Assembly: GCA_977030845.1 (NCBI GenBank)
Contig: OZ365116.1
Coordinates: forward strand, 22,382,001 to 22,446,000
Direction: 5' to 3'
DNA from: Fimbriosthenelais zetlandica
Taxonomy: Eukaryota
DNA length: 64,000 nucleotides
Shown here piece by piece: positions 37,201-50,553 of the stretch (positions within the stretch are counted from its first letter, which is position 1; every line of letters begins with the position of its first letter). Under the pieces are notes generated by a model that saw only the letters and a list, made by a program, of their open reading frames with translations, had not been told where the DNA came from and made no database searches. Position numbers and translations under genes: made by a program.

Positions 37201-40200
37201 TGATATTACCCCAAAACTGGTATTTTACTCTCAAGTCTACTTTTTCATTGAATTAAGGCCTATAGTATGTGATATACTAGGTAAAAATCACTGCCATCGG
37301 TGAAGAATATCCCCCCAATACATGAGTGCATGTTCTTGATGCTGTAAGGGGTCTTGCAATATGGCTGACAGTGTAGGGCCCCTTACAACATCATAAATCT
37401 CCCCGAGTAGGCCCTATTAATTAATATGGTAAAGGATTTTGAGGAACTGCAAACATATAGGCTTCAAGATGCCCACGTTTAATAATATGCTTTATCTCCT
37501 ACATAGTGCCGCATATACTTTACGGAGTGAGAATGGCCCAAAATAGGACGAAGGTCTTAAGCCCTTTGTCCAACTTCTATTATGGCGGGGAGACTGTAGA
37601 AAATAAGTCTTCAGAGGTGTAATGGGTGAAATGAAGTGGCTGATAGAAACGTATTGTCTGATCAATGAGGCATTTAATCTCCTATATTGGATGGGATGTG
37701 AGAAAGACGAAGCAGTCTACCATGCCAGAGATAAAGTCCAATACTGGGGGTCATGCTTTCTTCTCTCATTATTCTATCAGTCTTCTGAAATATAAATGCA
37801 TTTATGTAATAGCTATAATCGGCCTATCCCATATGGGACCTGATAAAGTCCTACTATGGCCTACTGTATAAGGTCTATTTACAATATGGGCAAAAGGGCT
37901 GGTAATCGTATTATAGCTATTATGCCTATGCTATCATTGCAGCAGATAACCACATTACACACTCCCTTTCTTATAGTCACTCGGGAAGACAACACAATTA
38001 GCTTTAGCCGTACGTGGCGTTCCATGGTTTTCTCTCTGATGGGGTCGCACGATACTAGCATAGAAGGCGAGAGACATATTGCTAGTGACTTAGTAAATCC
38101 CTGATGGTTGCTTCTATGTATATAGACTCTATACAATCTGGCCGCTATAGATACAGCTCTAAGCTGTGGTATCTCAGCTGAAGAATGGTTATGAGAATTG
38201 ACCTTGGCTTTGGAAAATGGATTTAAAATCGGCAATCGCAATTATTACTCTCAAATGTGTAGAAACAAGGACGCGCCAGTATAGATCTCTCTGGGTTACA
38301 GGAGGCGTTCAGACACTATTCCATGATTTTCATCTGCAGCAGATCGCTTCAATAAACTGGCTCCAGTCCCTTTGGCTCCAGACCGTTTAATCCTAGCAGC
38401 CAAATACCCCTTCCCCTGCCTGCCTCGATCTAATGCCAGCAATCAACTGTCAAATTAAGTTTAAAGCATTAGTCTGATTAATGGCGGCCGCATCCCATTG
38501 TTACGTGACCTTTGATTGGTTGGTACTTGAAGTGTTCAATCCCAGGTTTATCCTGATTTCATCTTCGACCAAGCATGAGGCCTGCAGATTCCCTCAGCCT
38601 CCCCTGTCCCTGACCAGGCAAACATTAATTACTAATCTAATTACAGTGCACTCAGTGGAGAAAATCCAACCATGATAATCAAAGTTTGACTATAAGAAAA
38701 TATCGATAAGACATTTCTTGTGGACAAATTGCCTCAAGTCTGAGCTGCAGGCCCGTAATGGAGCGCTGAAGAAATGACGCCGTGCTCCCTGAAGAATGAA
38801 ACAATAATGAAACTACCAAGATTTGATTCCTTACTTTTTGTTGTTTGGACCGCACAGAGTCCATGTCAATTATTCACGGCATGGCTGTGTGGATATTTAT
38901 TGTCACCTCATTCCTGATTCATCTTGTGACAAAAGCATACATTTTGCTACTGTTGACTGCTGAAGGGAATCCAGGCGTGGTGTTTGCTCGGGTAAATGGC
39001 TTCTATAATGGTTTCCCTGCAAAAGCATATCTGAAATTCTGCATGTACAAACAAGGCAAGTTGTTTGCGTGTTGCGGGTGCCAGTCAGTAATGGCATTAT
39101 GTTTGCCGACTAAATATTAAACCCGATATCAATAATGAAAAAACCTGTTTATGTATGAAGTACATAGCCTGTCTTTCACCATTAGCTTTATAACCTGCCT
39201 GCCCTCAGTGAGAACATTGACGCTTTCTTACGAGGAGCTGAAATGATAAAAGTGACACTTTAAAAACCTCCATGAGTGTGAGGAAACCCTGGGTCCATAT
39301 CTCACCATCCTGGCATTCAGCGTGTATGATAGAAAGTCTGACCTCCTCTATAGCACGAGGTTATCATCCACTTAGAGCCTAACAAGTGAGGCCTGATCTA
39401 TGCATTAAGGGTGCTACAACTCCTCAACTAATCCTCCACATATCAAATGGTATATTGATAAGTCGAGGCGCTACGTCGATTTCTCAAATCTATTGCAGGA
39501 TGCGCCGCAAGCTCTCCCAGATTGAGATGCCGATACTTGCCGCATTCATTGCATGGACGCAGCCTGTCCACCAAATTATACCCTGGCGACATTGATTTTC
39601 ATTAATAGGTATGTATGAGATTTGCCATGAACAAGCTAACTCATAACTATCTGTGAAGGCCAGTCAGGTTACAATTTATCATGAAGCTGACGCCTGTCAA
39701 GCATTATATGATCATATATGATATGATATTTATGATATTTTTCTTCAAATTCTGGACCAGCCTCACAAGATATGATCATTCATCGTGTGATGTATTAGAC
39801 CACCTGCTGCATCCCTGTGTCTCAGAGAAACCAGGCTTTACATGGTTCACGATAAGCTGATCACCCATGGATATTGTCAGAACTAATGAAGAAAGATTGT
39901 TCTGACCTTGCCCTGGTACCATCAACTTAGTGCACGGTGTGATATATTGTGAACGAAGAGCTAGCGTCCAAAATGCCATACGTTATCATATTGCTTAGTT
40001 CAAGTGTATTGCTAGGGAGTACCATGACTGGATGGGCCTGTATAATGAGAGATGTTGTGATACGTGACGTCATTAATACAGTACGTCCCGCGTTCTACCA
40101 TTACCACGCTCCTCTCACCGTATTGACGGCGGCTGGCCTGCCAAGTGGTGCAGCACGGACCAGGGTTAACTGGGCCGTGATTGAGAGCACTCCGAGTGTG

Positions 40201-43200
40201 AACCATAAGAACCTGGTGAGGAAATGATGCCCACCCACCACAGGCATCCACGCCATGTCACCATCATTTTATTTGGTCAGCATACCTCAGCTGAGCATTG
40301 CTCTTGAAAAGACTTGCCCTTCAACCATTTATCACTTAATCCTAGCTCGAGCTGGCATGTATGATGCATAAATTAGACATCAGGTCCAGGCGGAATCTGG
40401 AAGGGTTCACAAGTTATTTCCTAATAGGCAATCATTCCTCACTTAAGCTTCGTGCATGAGAACTGTTAATTCATGAATAAATGGCTGTGAGAGACAGAGA
40501 TGGATAACCACCTCACACGACCCCATTAAAACATGCACGAGACGGCCAAGCACCCAGTCACCGCACAGTCCTGGACTCTCACAGGACAGTCTCTTTGCTT
40601 TTTGTCCTGATGAATTGCTGAACACGGATGAAAATCAATTCTCCAAATGTGTTCAGACATGGATCATTCCCCACCCAGCTCAATTTAATTTGTCTTGATG
40701 GAAATGGATTGATTCCATGATACAAACTAGTTTTTAAAGCATGATGTTGTATGTAGATTGTCAGATTATCTAGAATATTATTGTACATCGCTACATTCTG
40801 GTCGTTGGATTCATCCTTGGAGCATGTAGAGACTAGTGCCCACAATACAATGTTTTAGCGTCGGGCTTCCATTGCACATCTCTGCCAAGCCTAACCCGTG
40901 ATTGGCAAGCGTTCTTCCATACATTTATTGAGTTAGAGGAACTTGATTTCTCTTCTCTGCCAAGGACTTAATCTCTAAAAGCTTTAATCGATTTTGCACA
41001 ATAGTCTTACCATTCAGCGGAGGAGGCGCTTGGCCGACCCTGAGCAGGAAGTGAACTATAATGATTGCGTCTACCATTCACGTCCATGAGTGTAGGGGTG
41101 GATGTGTTGTAGAGTGTTACATACTAGTATCCTTATAGCATGTCTTATATCATCATGTTATATGACACACAGTATGGCACTTTGCACTCGCTGACGCCAC
41201 TTTCCGCTTAGCTGCATTTAGCCATGACTTAAAACGTTATGCTTAGAAGGACATATTTTCCTTCTACATAATTGACATTATTTATGATTTTTAGGAGTAT
41301 GTTACGTACAAGATGGAAGTAATGTATCATCTGATGGATGGTTAACCTGGCAAGCAGCTGTGTTGATTAGGCAAATGTAATCAGTCGAGTGTTTTATAGT
41401 TCTGTTGATTTAATCAGGGTAATAGATTTCATACACCACAGCTTCTGGCAATTGGTTGGCCAGTCATTGCTCGGCTGTAGCTTGGTTGGCCAGCCATAGC
41501 TCGGCTGTAGCTTGGTTGGCCAGCCATAGCTCGGCTGTAGCTTGGTTGGCCAGCCATAGCTCGGCTGTAGCTTGGTTGGCCAGCCATTGCTCGGCTGTAG
41601 CTTGGTACGTCTCAGGCCTTCTTCCCTGTACTGTAAGATGTCTCTATCTCAGTCTGAGCTCCTCCATGAGTAGATTAAAGATCATCCATGATCCATCATG
41701 CACTCTGATCCCTATAAAATCTCCTGCCTGCACGGCTTTGAATATCACAGCGACAAGCAATTCATGTCTCTCATAATAAAACATCCCCCATTTTTATTTC
41801 TCTATAGAACAATGCTTGTGATAGCTCGTAGTCCTATTGATATTGCGGAGAACATTGAAATGACTTACTACTTGATTCTTTTTGGTGCTGATTGGAAATG
41901 AAACCAGTATTTTCACTAAGGTTGATCAGCCTCTTGAGATTGCTCACACACTATCTTTGAGAGGCTGGTGTGCATGTACAATGGATTGAACCCGAAATGC
42001 TAATATTTTCAGAACGTGCAATCTGTATGGTGTCTGTAACTTTATGACAGTCTTGCGATTGTACCAATTATCATAAACCCCAGTATGGGGATAGAACTCC
42101 CCACCTGGGGACCCTACACAAACATGAGGATGAGGTGGGGCATTGTCCTGGGACGTGTCCTACTGCTTCATCAGTCTAAGGTTTACGTCCACATTATCAG
42201 CAGTGGACACGCATCCTGAGTGCCTACATCTGAGGTACGCTCCCCACACAACACTGACCTGTCAACACAACACCAACCCGGACATGAGAAACCTCTACAG
42301 CTTTTACTGTAGGCCGGCCATCTGTGTACCAGGCCGCCGTTATCTGGCCTAACAATGATCGCTTCTTACTCTCCACCTGCAGGCAGGACACAGGGAAGTC
42401 GCTCCTTAACCAGTGGGCCAGTGAAACTGAAGCACTGCATATTGAAAATCACATTGAACCTAATCTTATGATTAACATTCCTGACTTTGTGCTAAAATTT
42501 GGAGGAGCTGACTACATTCTACTGTATTCTTGAACTTGAAAAGTACTTGATCAAAATGTTGCCATTGTATGGGAAAAGGTAACCCATTTAATCAGCCCTG
42601 GTACTCTGAAACCTCTGCCTCGGTATTCTCACACTGGTTTAATGTTCTCATCCTTCAAGTAAAACATATCATTCACCTGAGGCTGAATGACTACTCGCCT
42701 TCTTGCCTTGTCTCATGTCCCTGATTCACTTAGTCACCCTTCCTCCAGAGACCAGGCAATTTTCAGTTCAATTGAGTCATACCCCCAAAAAATCTATTTC
42801 CATTACTCCCATTTTATTTATTTCAGCTTTATCCTGTATCCCTATAAATACTACTTGACAAGCAGCTATAAATTCTCCATTTGTTATGACATAAATGATA
42901 AGAGATGCAGTCAAGCTGCATTCCCTGAAATCTCCCACGAGAAATGCCTGCTCTTCAGCCAGGAGCCATTCTTCTGCCTGTCTCTGGAATAGCCTTCTCC
43001 AAATTGGACTTTTTCCAGAACAAATGGGGAATGAGGAGGAGGTGGGTTTCTGGTAGGAAAATAATGCCTCGGAATTACTGCATGGATGCAATACGTATTG
43101 ATTGACCTCGTCATTTCATCCTTAGACGGCACGTACTATTATTCATGGAGGCTCCTTAAGCATGTTCCTGGCCTTTCCTTGCACGTTTCTTCTGATTTGG

Positions 43201-44779
43201 GAGGAGCTTTACTGGCATAAGATTGAAATGGTGCCAGAGCAATTGAAGGGAAACCTTTAATGTATTTCCCAATGTAATTAGCTTGTATAATTGACTGGTA
43301 ATTTGTAGGTTGAGGGTATGGATTTCTCAGAAATGTAGTTGTTCCATTGAAAATCTTTGATCAAAACCGTAAAATTAAATAATGACTTTAGAATAAATAT
43401 ATATTATGAAGTATGAGCCAGCATGAGTGTGACATGTTGGTCAGAGGTCTCTTGACCCTCTTAGTTGAACACGTACAGAAGCAACTTCAGGGTTTGCCAC
43501 CTTAAAAAGCCCCCCGGGCCTCACTTGGACCTCCGTAATTGAGTTATTTTCTGTAATTTTAGCCTCACCGTGACCGATAATGAGAGAGCTTGGGTGTAGA
43601 CCATTCCGCATCGATCGCAGAGGGAGACTCTGTTTCTAGTGGAAATGTTTCTCAATGTTAAAATGACAGGGCTGCTCTAATATGACCACAGCTTAAAATG
43701 GTTGGACGGGACCCACATGTTCACTGCCTCTTTTTCTCCACATTGAAATCAGTCACTGGAAGTTATAGTCTTCAAAAGTTAGAGTCCTCTCCTTTTCGTT
43801 CAGTCTAGATTGAAGTTCCATCTTCATCAGATTCTATTCTTTCGGTCTTCCTTCCTTACTAAAGTTAGTATGATGTTTCTTTCAGTGGTCAAACAGGCAA
43901 ACAGTGCCAAAATCCAAACGATTTTTTTTCAGATTGCATGTATTTAAAAGAAAAAAAGGAGAGGATTCATTTAGTATTTCCTGCCGCTTAATTCAGTTTT
44001 TAAAGATGATCTTTATGAGAAACCTAAACATGTTTTCATCGTTTTTTAATTTCAGGTCCAAATCTGGCTCTCCTCTAATGCCATCTGAGGATCAATCACT
44101 GCAAAGGAAAAAAACATGATTGCAGAACAAGCCTCAAGTACCAACCGCCCTGATTGCTGCCTTTGTCCTTTGGAGACAATGATTATTGTATGTATTTGTA
44201 GTATAAGAAATTAATTAAGAACGTTATCTGATTACACGAGCATGCATGCAGGAGCGTCTACCACCCGGACACGTCTGCCCCGTGTAAGGAAGGTCGCAGG
44301 ATCGAACCGCGGCCGGCTCATACCATAGACTGAAAAAATGAGACTAGTGGCTCCCTCGCTTGGCACTCAGTAACAAGAGGACAGTACTAGGACTGGTCAA
44401 CCCGGTGTCAGTATAAAGTGACTGGGTGAGATATCATGTCAGGTGCCTGCGGCATGATACCTCAGTGAGACAGCACTATAAAAGGGCATTGAGCTCACTG
44501 TCACAAGTGGGCACCGTCATGATATAACCGAACAATTGTTAAAAGTGACGTTAAACCCCATCAATCACAATCACCATCCGGACACCCTGGGTTACTCATT
44601 GCCATATATGACCTACTAACCTATATAATTTTGCCCATTTTCTCCCTAACCCATCTTATCTCATCTGTAATTCTGAATACAAGAGTACCTCTAAGTTTAG
44701 CCCCCGTTCTGCATGCCTGGGGGTCGTTATTTTCCCCCTGGTGCCTCTTCCTTTTCCTCTCTCCCTCTCCAACCCACTC

Positions 44780-44843
<64 letters not shown>

Positions 44844-47800
44844 CTCTCTCCCTCCCCATCTTTCTCCCTCTCGCGCCTCTCTGCCTCTCCCCCCATCCTC
44901 CCTCCCCTTCCTCTCCCCCCATCCTCCTTCCCTCACCCTCCTCTCTCCTTCCCACTCCCCCCACTCTCACTCCCTCTCCCCCACTCTCACTCTCCCTGCC
45001 CATTCTCAGCCTCATGGTGGTTTCGTTATTGGTGTGAGGTATGTGATGTTCACAGTCAGGCGAAGCTGCCATTCATCCTCCACGCAATCCCAGCTAATCC
45101 GGACATCCCGAACACACCCCCCATTAACCACCTCTCAATAAAGGAATATTATCTATCATGATTTGCGGCTCTCATGCCATGGCCGACCACCCGCCAGTCA
45201 TGCATTGCTTGTAAATCCACCAGAAGAAGTACTAAACAAACCAAATAAATGTTACTCATTTATTTCCACTTGTATAACACAGAAGTGGGCTTAGGCAAAT
45301 GGTCGTGCGTATTGCCATCCAATATTCAATAGTGAAACATTCTACTATTTCTTGGGTAACTGTATCTGATCGTACTGAATCACTGCCGACTCTTACCCTC
45401 TATCCCCTAATAATATGCACGGTTTGCATTGCGTCTCTGGGGGATGGTGAAGTCTGGATATTGGACAGGTTGGGAGGAAGTCCTTGTTTGTTTCAACCCA
45501 TGATCAATATGCACTGGAGCTGCAGGGAGTTGATGGAGCATACATAATTTCCGGTATGCTTGCGAGTGTGAATCGCGTATGTATAAAAGTGAAGCTTCCT
45601 CTGAAGGAACATGATTAATGGTATACTTCAGATCCGCTGAACATGTCCAGTAATGTAGCCCACTATAATACCTGACCCGCGCAATGTTACTGTTGTAGTA
45701 ACACTCTTTGGTCTCTTTCAGATGTTATAATAACTTATTAAGTACTAAATAGATCTATATTACATATACTGAACAGCAGTTTCCTTTGAAGGCTCCTTGA
45801 CTGTAGCATGCTCTCATTGAAGGAAAAACCTTGAACCAGACCTTAGGTTCAATCTTATTTCCGGCAAGGCGCAATGTCTTAGAGAAGTAATTTCATACTG
45901 TAGATTACACTCAGCAAAGTGAACATGTAACGGCTTTCGCTATGCATATACATCACCATTGCTAAAATCCTGAGTCCCACATTATTTCCTCCTCGGAATA
46001 TCAATATAATCAGTTGAAGTGTACATAGGAAGGTGAGTCCTCTATAAAGTATCATATAGGGCTGCTTCTGGCTTGCCTTATTCAGATTTGATGCCTCTAT
46101 CACTTATGTGGATGCATATTATTTTCCCCATAAATTTTCTGGAATTCAGGATGCAATTACTTTCAAAGGGTCGTATGGTGGACCATTTAATATATGCTAA
46201 ACAAATAAATCGAATTTCAGCCCCCTTATAGCGCCCTTCCTGAATCTCAATTAGCACTTTTAACTAAGCTAATGGGACAGGCAGTATCCTAATATGGATT
46301 TAAAAGTGATCAAGCCTTTGTCTGATATAAAACTAACCGATGTTGTGACGTTCATGCTTGTAACTTTTCCCATTCCGCTCATGAGGAGCAGAATGATCAC
46401 CTAACAGGGGAAATCAAGGCTGGGACTCTCCTGGTGCAATCAGGACTCGCTGCAAAGAATGGGTCCAATTAGGTGCACCAAGAAAAGCCCCTTATGTGAG
46501 GCAGACAGGAAGTACCCAGGTGCCTTATTCGCCTGGGTTAATGCCCCCTGCTTACCGTACCTTTAGTGAAGAATCGTTAATATTATCCGCACAACCAAAG
46601 CTCCCGTCCTGAATATATGATTACCAAACTGATCATCTCAGCCATCTTCTCACAGGGCTCTGCAAATAGTTTATTTCCTTTTTTCCAAGTTTAAATGAAC
46701 CTCAATGGAGCTTTGTAACCGAATAAGGCATTGGTAGACGCAGAGTAGATAGTAACATGATAGAAGGGGAACTCAGCTACCTGTTACCTCCATGCTCACC
46801 TAGTCATGCTATGCACTCCTTTGTGACAGCTTTGAAGTTCTACAAACGAGAATGGGAAGACATGCTATCGACCAGACGATGAATTCTCTATGTTGCTGTT
46901 CAGCTCAAAAATATCAAGGTACATTAGAAGAATGATGTCAGCAGATATTGTACCTTTTATTTTATTGTGCAGGACAAATTTGAACTAATGCAAGACTTAA
47001 TTCAGCCAATGTTTTTCATTGCCCTTCTTGCTTTAATTCGCTTACTGTAGTCGAATATAAGAACCAATATCGTCGTCTGAAGAAAAAGACAATCATCTGG
47101 TAGGCTGGCTCTTTTTGATGGTCTTCTACGTGGCTGAACATTGCCTTTGCCATCTCTCGGACCCAGGCAAGGTCAACCAGAAAGTCGTTCCCCTGTGTGT
47201 GGGACGGCCATGGCGTCCTCTTCACCTTTGCTGACTTGTAAGGTTGTTGCTTCTCAGAAGATACCAAAGACGTTATAAAAACACTAATAGAATTCCAAAT
47301 ATTTTTTATGAACTATGTTCACAATACAAAGTCTTCGTCTTATCACATTTATATAGTATTAAAGCCATACTCCAAGCAGGAAATGGTCTCCAAACAAAAG
47401 GTCCTTTTTGAAGGTTTCAGTGAAAGAGGAAGAATGAGTCTGGCTAACTGCCTGTGACAAGCTGCCTGAGAGCAAGTCCTCTTGTCAGACCCACATCACG
47501 TACCCAGAAAAGGAAGAGAAAAAGGACCTCAGCCTTCCTTTACAGAGGAAATCTTTCATGTGATCAGACTTTTAAGTTGTCTGATAGGACTGTCTAGTTT
47601 TGCCCCTCCCCTGGGTGCTTTGTGTCTCGTCAGGACAATCAGCTCGGTGTTTCCCTCCTGCAATCTGTCTCTACCACTCACTTGATGTTGTGGTGACTTG
47701 CCATGAGCAGTCTCACTTTTTAACTCCTGCCCTCCTTGATGACTGTGAAAGGTGCCAATCATTTATCTACATGAAGATATATTGCATCATTCTGCCTGCG

Positions 47801-50553
47801 ACCAAGGTTAACCACTGACAACAGTTCATGGAGGATGCATTGATACAACCTTTAAGCAGTCACAGATGTAGTGGTTCACAGTTCTATTGAGGAATAAATA
47901 AAAAGTTTCTACAATCAGAACAACTATGGTCCTTATGAATTAACTATCGTAAAATAACTCACTAAATATGAGGCTTCCCATTTTCGATTCTTCGCCAAGT
48001 TTTGCTGCCACTTGGAAATGCATGACTCATATTGTCAGTATACTTCAGCATTGATAATACGTAACATCACAAAAAAGAAAGAAGGGCTTTGCAAAAATAA
48101 GTGAGTGATAACTATTCAATGCGATGTCTGCAAGCAAGCTAAACCAAAGCCTATTAACTTCCTAATGGGCTGGCATGTTGTCCCGCTACAGCCAACTCCC
48201 AAGAGACATCATTAGATGGAATGAAAATGACATTATATTAAATGAAAAACTATATTGCACAATGTCCAAACAGGCGTTTGTGTTAGTGGCACATCATAAT
48301 AGGTCTTTTATGTTGCTTGATTCCATTCAGTAATGCCTTCAATTGGAGATATTGATGTGCCATTCTCCACGCATGGTATGGGACTGGTGTCCTGCATGAA
48401 AAATATTGATCACGTTACTTGGAATATTAGATTCCTTCAAAAGGTAGACTGGGAAAGAATTTTAGTAATTTTGAATAGTTTCCCCTGGTTTATAGAGAAA
48501 AGGTTCTTTTAGTGACGGTCTTGCTCTTTTATTGATGGATCATCAAAGGCTAGACTCCGCTAAATGTCATTTCCGACCTTAGATTGGACATCTTTCTCAT
48601 GACATGGATAGAAAATGGAAAAGTCAGGGCAATTCCAAAAGCAATCATTTGAAAGCATCAGGGGATTTTCTTTTGAATGAACATGTCTTCTGCAATGAAA
48701 TAGGAACCAATTCGCTTCTGAATTCTGAATTTTCATATAATTGGTACAAGGATCTTTCATGTATGTATGTAGTTATGAAGGAATACTATCTTAGACAGCA
48801 AAGGTGGTATAAAGTTTCAAAAAAGCCTTTTAGATGTATGGTATTAATCACTACTCAGTTCTTCTCTAGATTTCTAGAATCCTATAAGACAGTCGTGGCT
48901 TAATACTGCAGGAACTGGCACTGTAAGAGCCGACCTCGTGAGCGGCATTGGTGATAACTAGAAACAAACTACGGAGAAGTGCAGTCACACGCAATAATCA
49001 ATCCAATATGTTTCTTCCAACAAAGTCAGTGCCAAATGTCAGGGGGCTCAGCTGGCGGGTCAGATAAAGGCGTGAGCTGCTCAGAGGTCCTCATTGGGCC
49101 CAGGCTGGGCTGGAGATTGCATAAGCCTCTCCACAGTGCCATGTCTCCCATGCCCATTATTCCAGGGAGGACGGGATCATTGTGGCAGGAGGACCATGTT
49201 AAAGGGACTCTTAATTTGTGATTTCCTTGCTACCAGTGATGGATTCCTACAAGGCAAAGCTGACAAAAAAGCAGTGGGCCACAGACGTGGGAGATATGGG
49301 GCGCATGGCACGGGTCTGCCGCTCCTTGAACATATATATTATATAAACCCACCCAGTGGTATGGTATGTTTCCGCCTCACCCACTGTTACACTATATGGG
49401 TTTCGCCCACTGTAGCCAGTGTGGGAGAGGCAATCCCCACTCCCTACAGCTTTGCCTCCCAACACAAATGTTTGCCGCTGCCACTTTGCCTGACTGGCTT
49501 CCAGCCAGACCATGCTTTGCTGCTCCTGTGGCTTCGCCTTAAGATAACCCTGTAACCCACACCAAACACTTTCTCCCCCGGTCTTTGTATCTGCTCAATG
49601 GCTGCTAGACTAGCTGACCTTTCTAGCCAAAAGACCTATCATATACTCTGACAAAGCAGAATATAACCCTGACAGGATTAGGTGTATGCCGCTTATATTG
49701 CCTTTGCACTGAAAGTCTTGTCTTTTTTCAATGTCAGTATCTAGACTAATGAGCCATAGTACCCATGATAACAAAGGTAAAGGACCAGGACTGTAAGATA
49801 CTAAGAGTAATCAGAGAACATTGCTTTAGTGTATCAAACCCTGTATTGGATGTAGTATTTACTTACCTCACAACACTCCATGGCTTCATTTAGTTTCCCT
49901 AATTTCCTGTATGGATTAGCCATATTGAACACAGTGATTCGTTGAAACTTGGAACTGAAGTTACAGATCTTGAAACTTTTGGCCAGTTCAGCAGCTTTTA
50001 GATGATACATCAAGCCTTTGTCATAGTCTTTGAGAACAGCGAAGAGATTGCCTAGCGAGCTGTAGACCTGTAGCTCTAGGACAGGCTCCTCGTGTTGCTG
50101 TGCTATCCGCATGGCTTGGTCATAACTTTCTAAGGCCTTGGTGAAGTTGCTAAAGCCAAAGTAAGCCTGACCCTGACACAGGTAGACATAGCCATGGACG
50201 CGGGGGTCTTTAGGAGGGTGCTGTAAGGCATGCCTACAATAGGACACGGCTTTGTGATACTCACATAGCTTCTCATTACTACGAGCCAGACTGAGGTAGG
50301 CTTCAGCCCTCATTGCCGCATTATCGGCATCATTTGCCAGGTCAATCTGCTGCACAGCAAAGGCCAACATGTCCCGGTATTTGCCCCAGTCACCATGTGC
50401 TGTGGTCAGGTAACCTAGGGCTGCGAAACGGTCCTTCCTTCCAGCCAGCTTCCTTAATGCCCTCCTCCATAGTTTGACTGCCTCTGGGTACTGCTGCTGG
50501 TTGTACAACCTGAGACCTTCCTCCAGGTCTTTTTTGGCTATCCTTTGACCCAT
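21955..50553 (-). CDS. RAPSN: Rapsyn (43 kDa receptor-associated protein of the synapse), ~494 aa, 6 coding exons
   Basis: Exons 50553-49867, 24654-24556, 24111-23974, 23528-23475, 22773-22574, 22261-21955 = 1485 nt. MGQ N-myristoylation start, TPR repeats, coiled-coil region, RING-H2 CGVC...QCCHIVHSRC...CSKC. AATAAA (- strand) 21858-21863. Confidence 0.95.
22574..22773 (-). CDS. RAPSN: Rapsyn exon (coiled coil and first part of RING-H2)
   Basis: cctatag acceptor, AG|gtgagt donor, 200 nt. Confidence 0.95.
23475..23528 (-). CDS. RAPSN: Rapsyn exon (ALEYNSKAMDLSRSIGNK)
   Basis: tttccag acceptor, AAG|gtaaaa donor, 54 nt. Confidence 0.92.
23974..24111 (-). CDS. RAPSN: Rapsyn exon (RAFTRYEAAMNIMVEIGDRYGQ...VCECK)
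   Basis: ttttgacag acceptor, AAG|gtaaag donor, 138 nt. Confidence 0.92.
24125..24420 (-). mobile_element. Third copy of the same MITE family, inverted (rapsyn coding intron 2)
   Basis: Reverse complement aligns with 7146-7330; cataaaacactagg near 24127-24143 matches the reverse complement of the element's right end. Confidence 0.65.
24556..24654 (-). CDS. RAPSN: Rapsyn exon (DALKMAIAENDRAMQAKCLCCFADIHRRRNDIQ)
   Basis: ttttttag acceptor, CAG|gtaagt donor, 99 nt. Confidence 0.95.
41452..41601. repeat. 30-bp minisatellite x5
   Basis: Unit ttggttggccagccatagctcggctgtagc. Confidence 0.95.
44250..44573 (+). mobile_element. tRNA-derived SINE
   Basis: B-box-like GGATCGAACC 44299-44308, central body, 3' end tgttaaaagtgacgttaaacccc followed by a short (aatc)-type tail; layout resembles molluscan/lophotrochozoan SINEs from memory, family not assigned. 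Confidence 0.7.
44740..45000. repeat. (CT)n microsatellite with flanking polypyrimidine tract
   Basis: Near-perfect CT run ~44783-44845 within C/T-only sequence. Confidence 0.95.
49867..50553 (-). CDS. RAPSN: Rapsyn first coding exon (MGQRIAKK...AMECCE)
   Basis: 229 codons, GAG|gtaagt donor. Confidence 0.95.

Noticed and set aside
41456-41776. ORF with ASHSSAVAWL repeats
   Set aside because: Produced by the 30-bp stop-free tandem unit; no coding context
44621-45161. Multiple overlapping ORFs (RERERE / SLSLSL)
   Set aside because: Artefacts of the CT microsatellite
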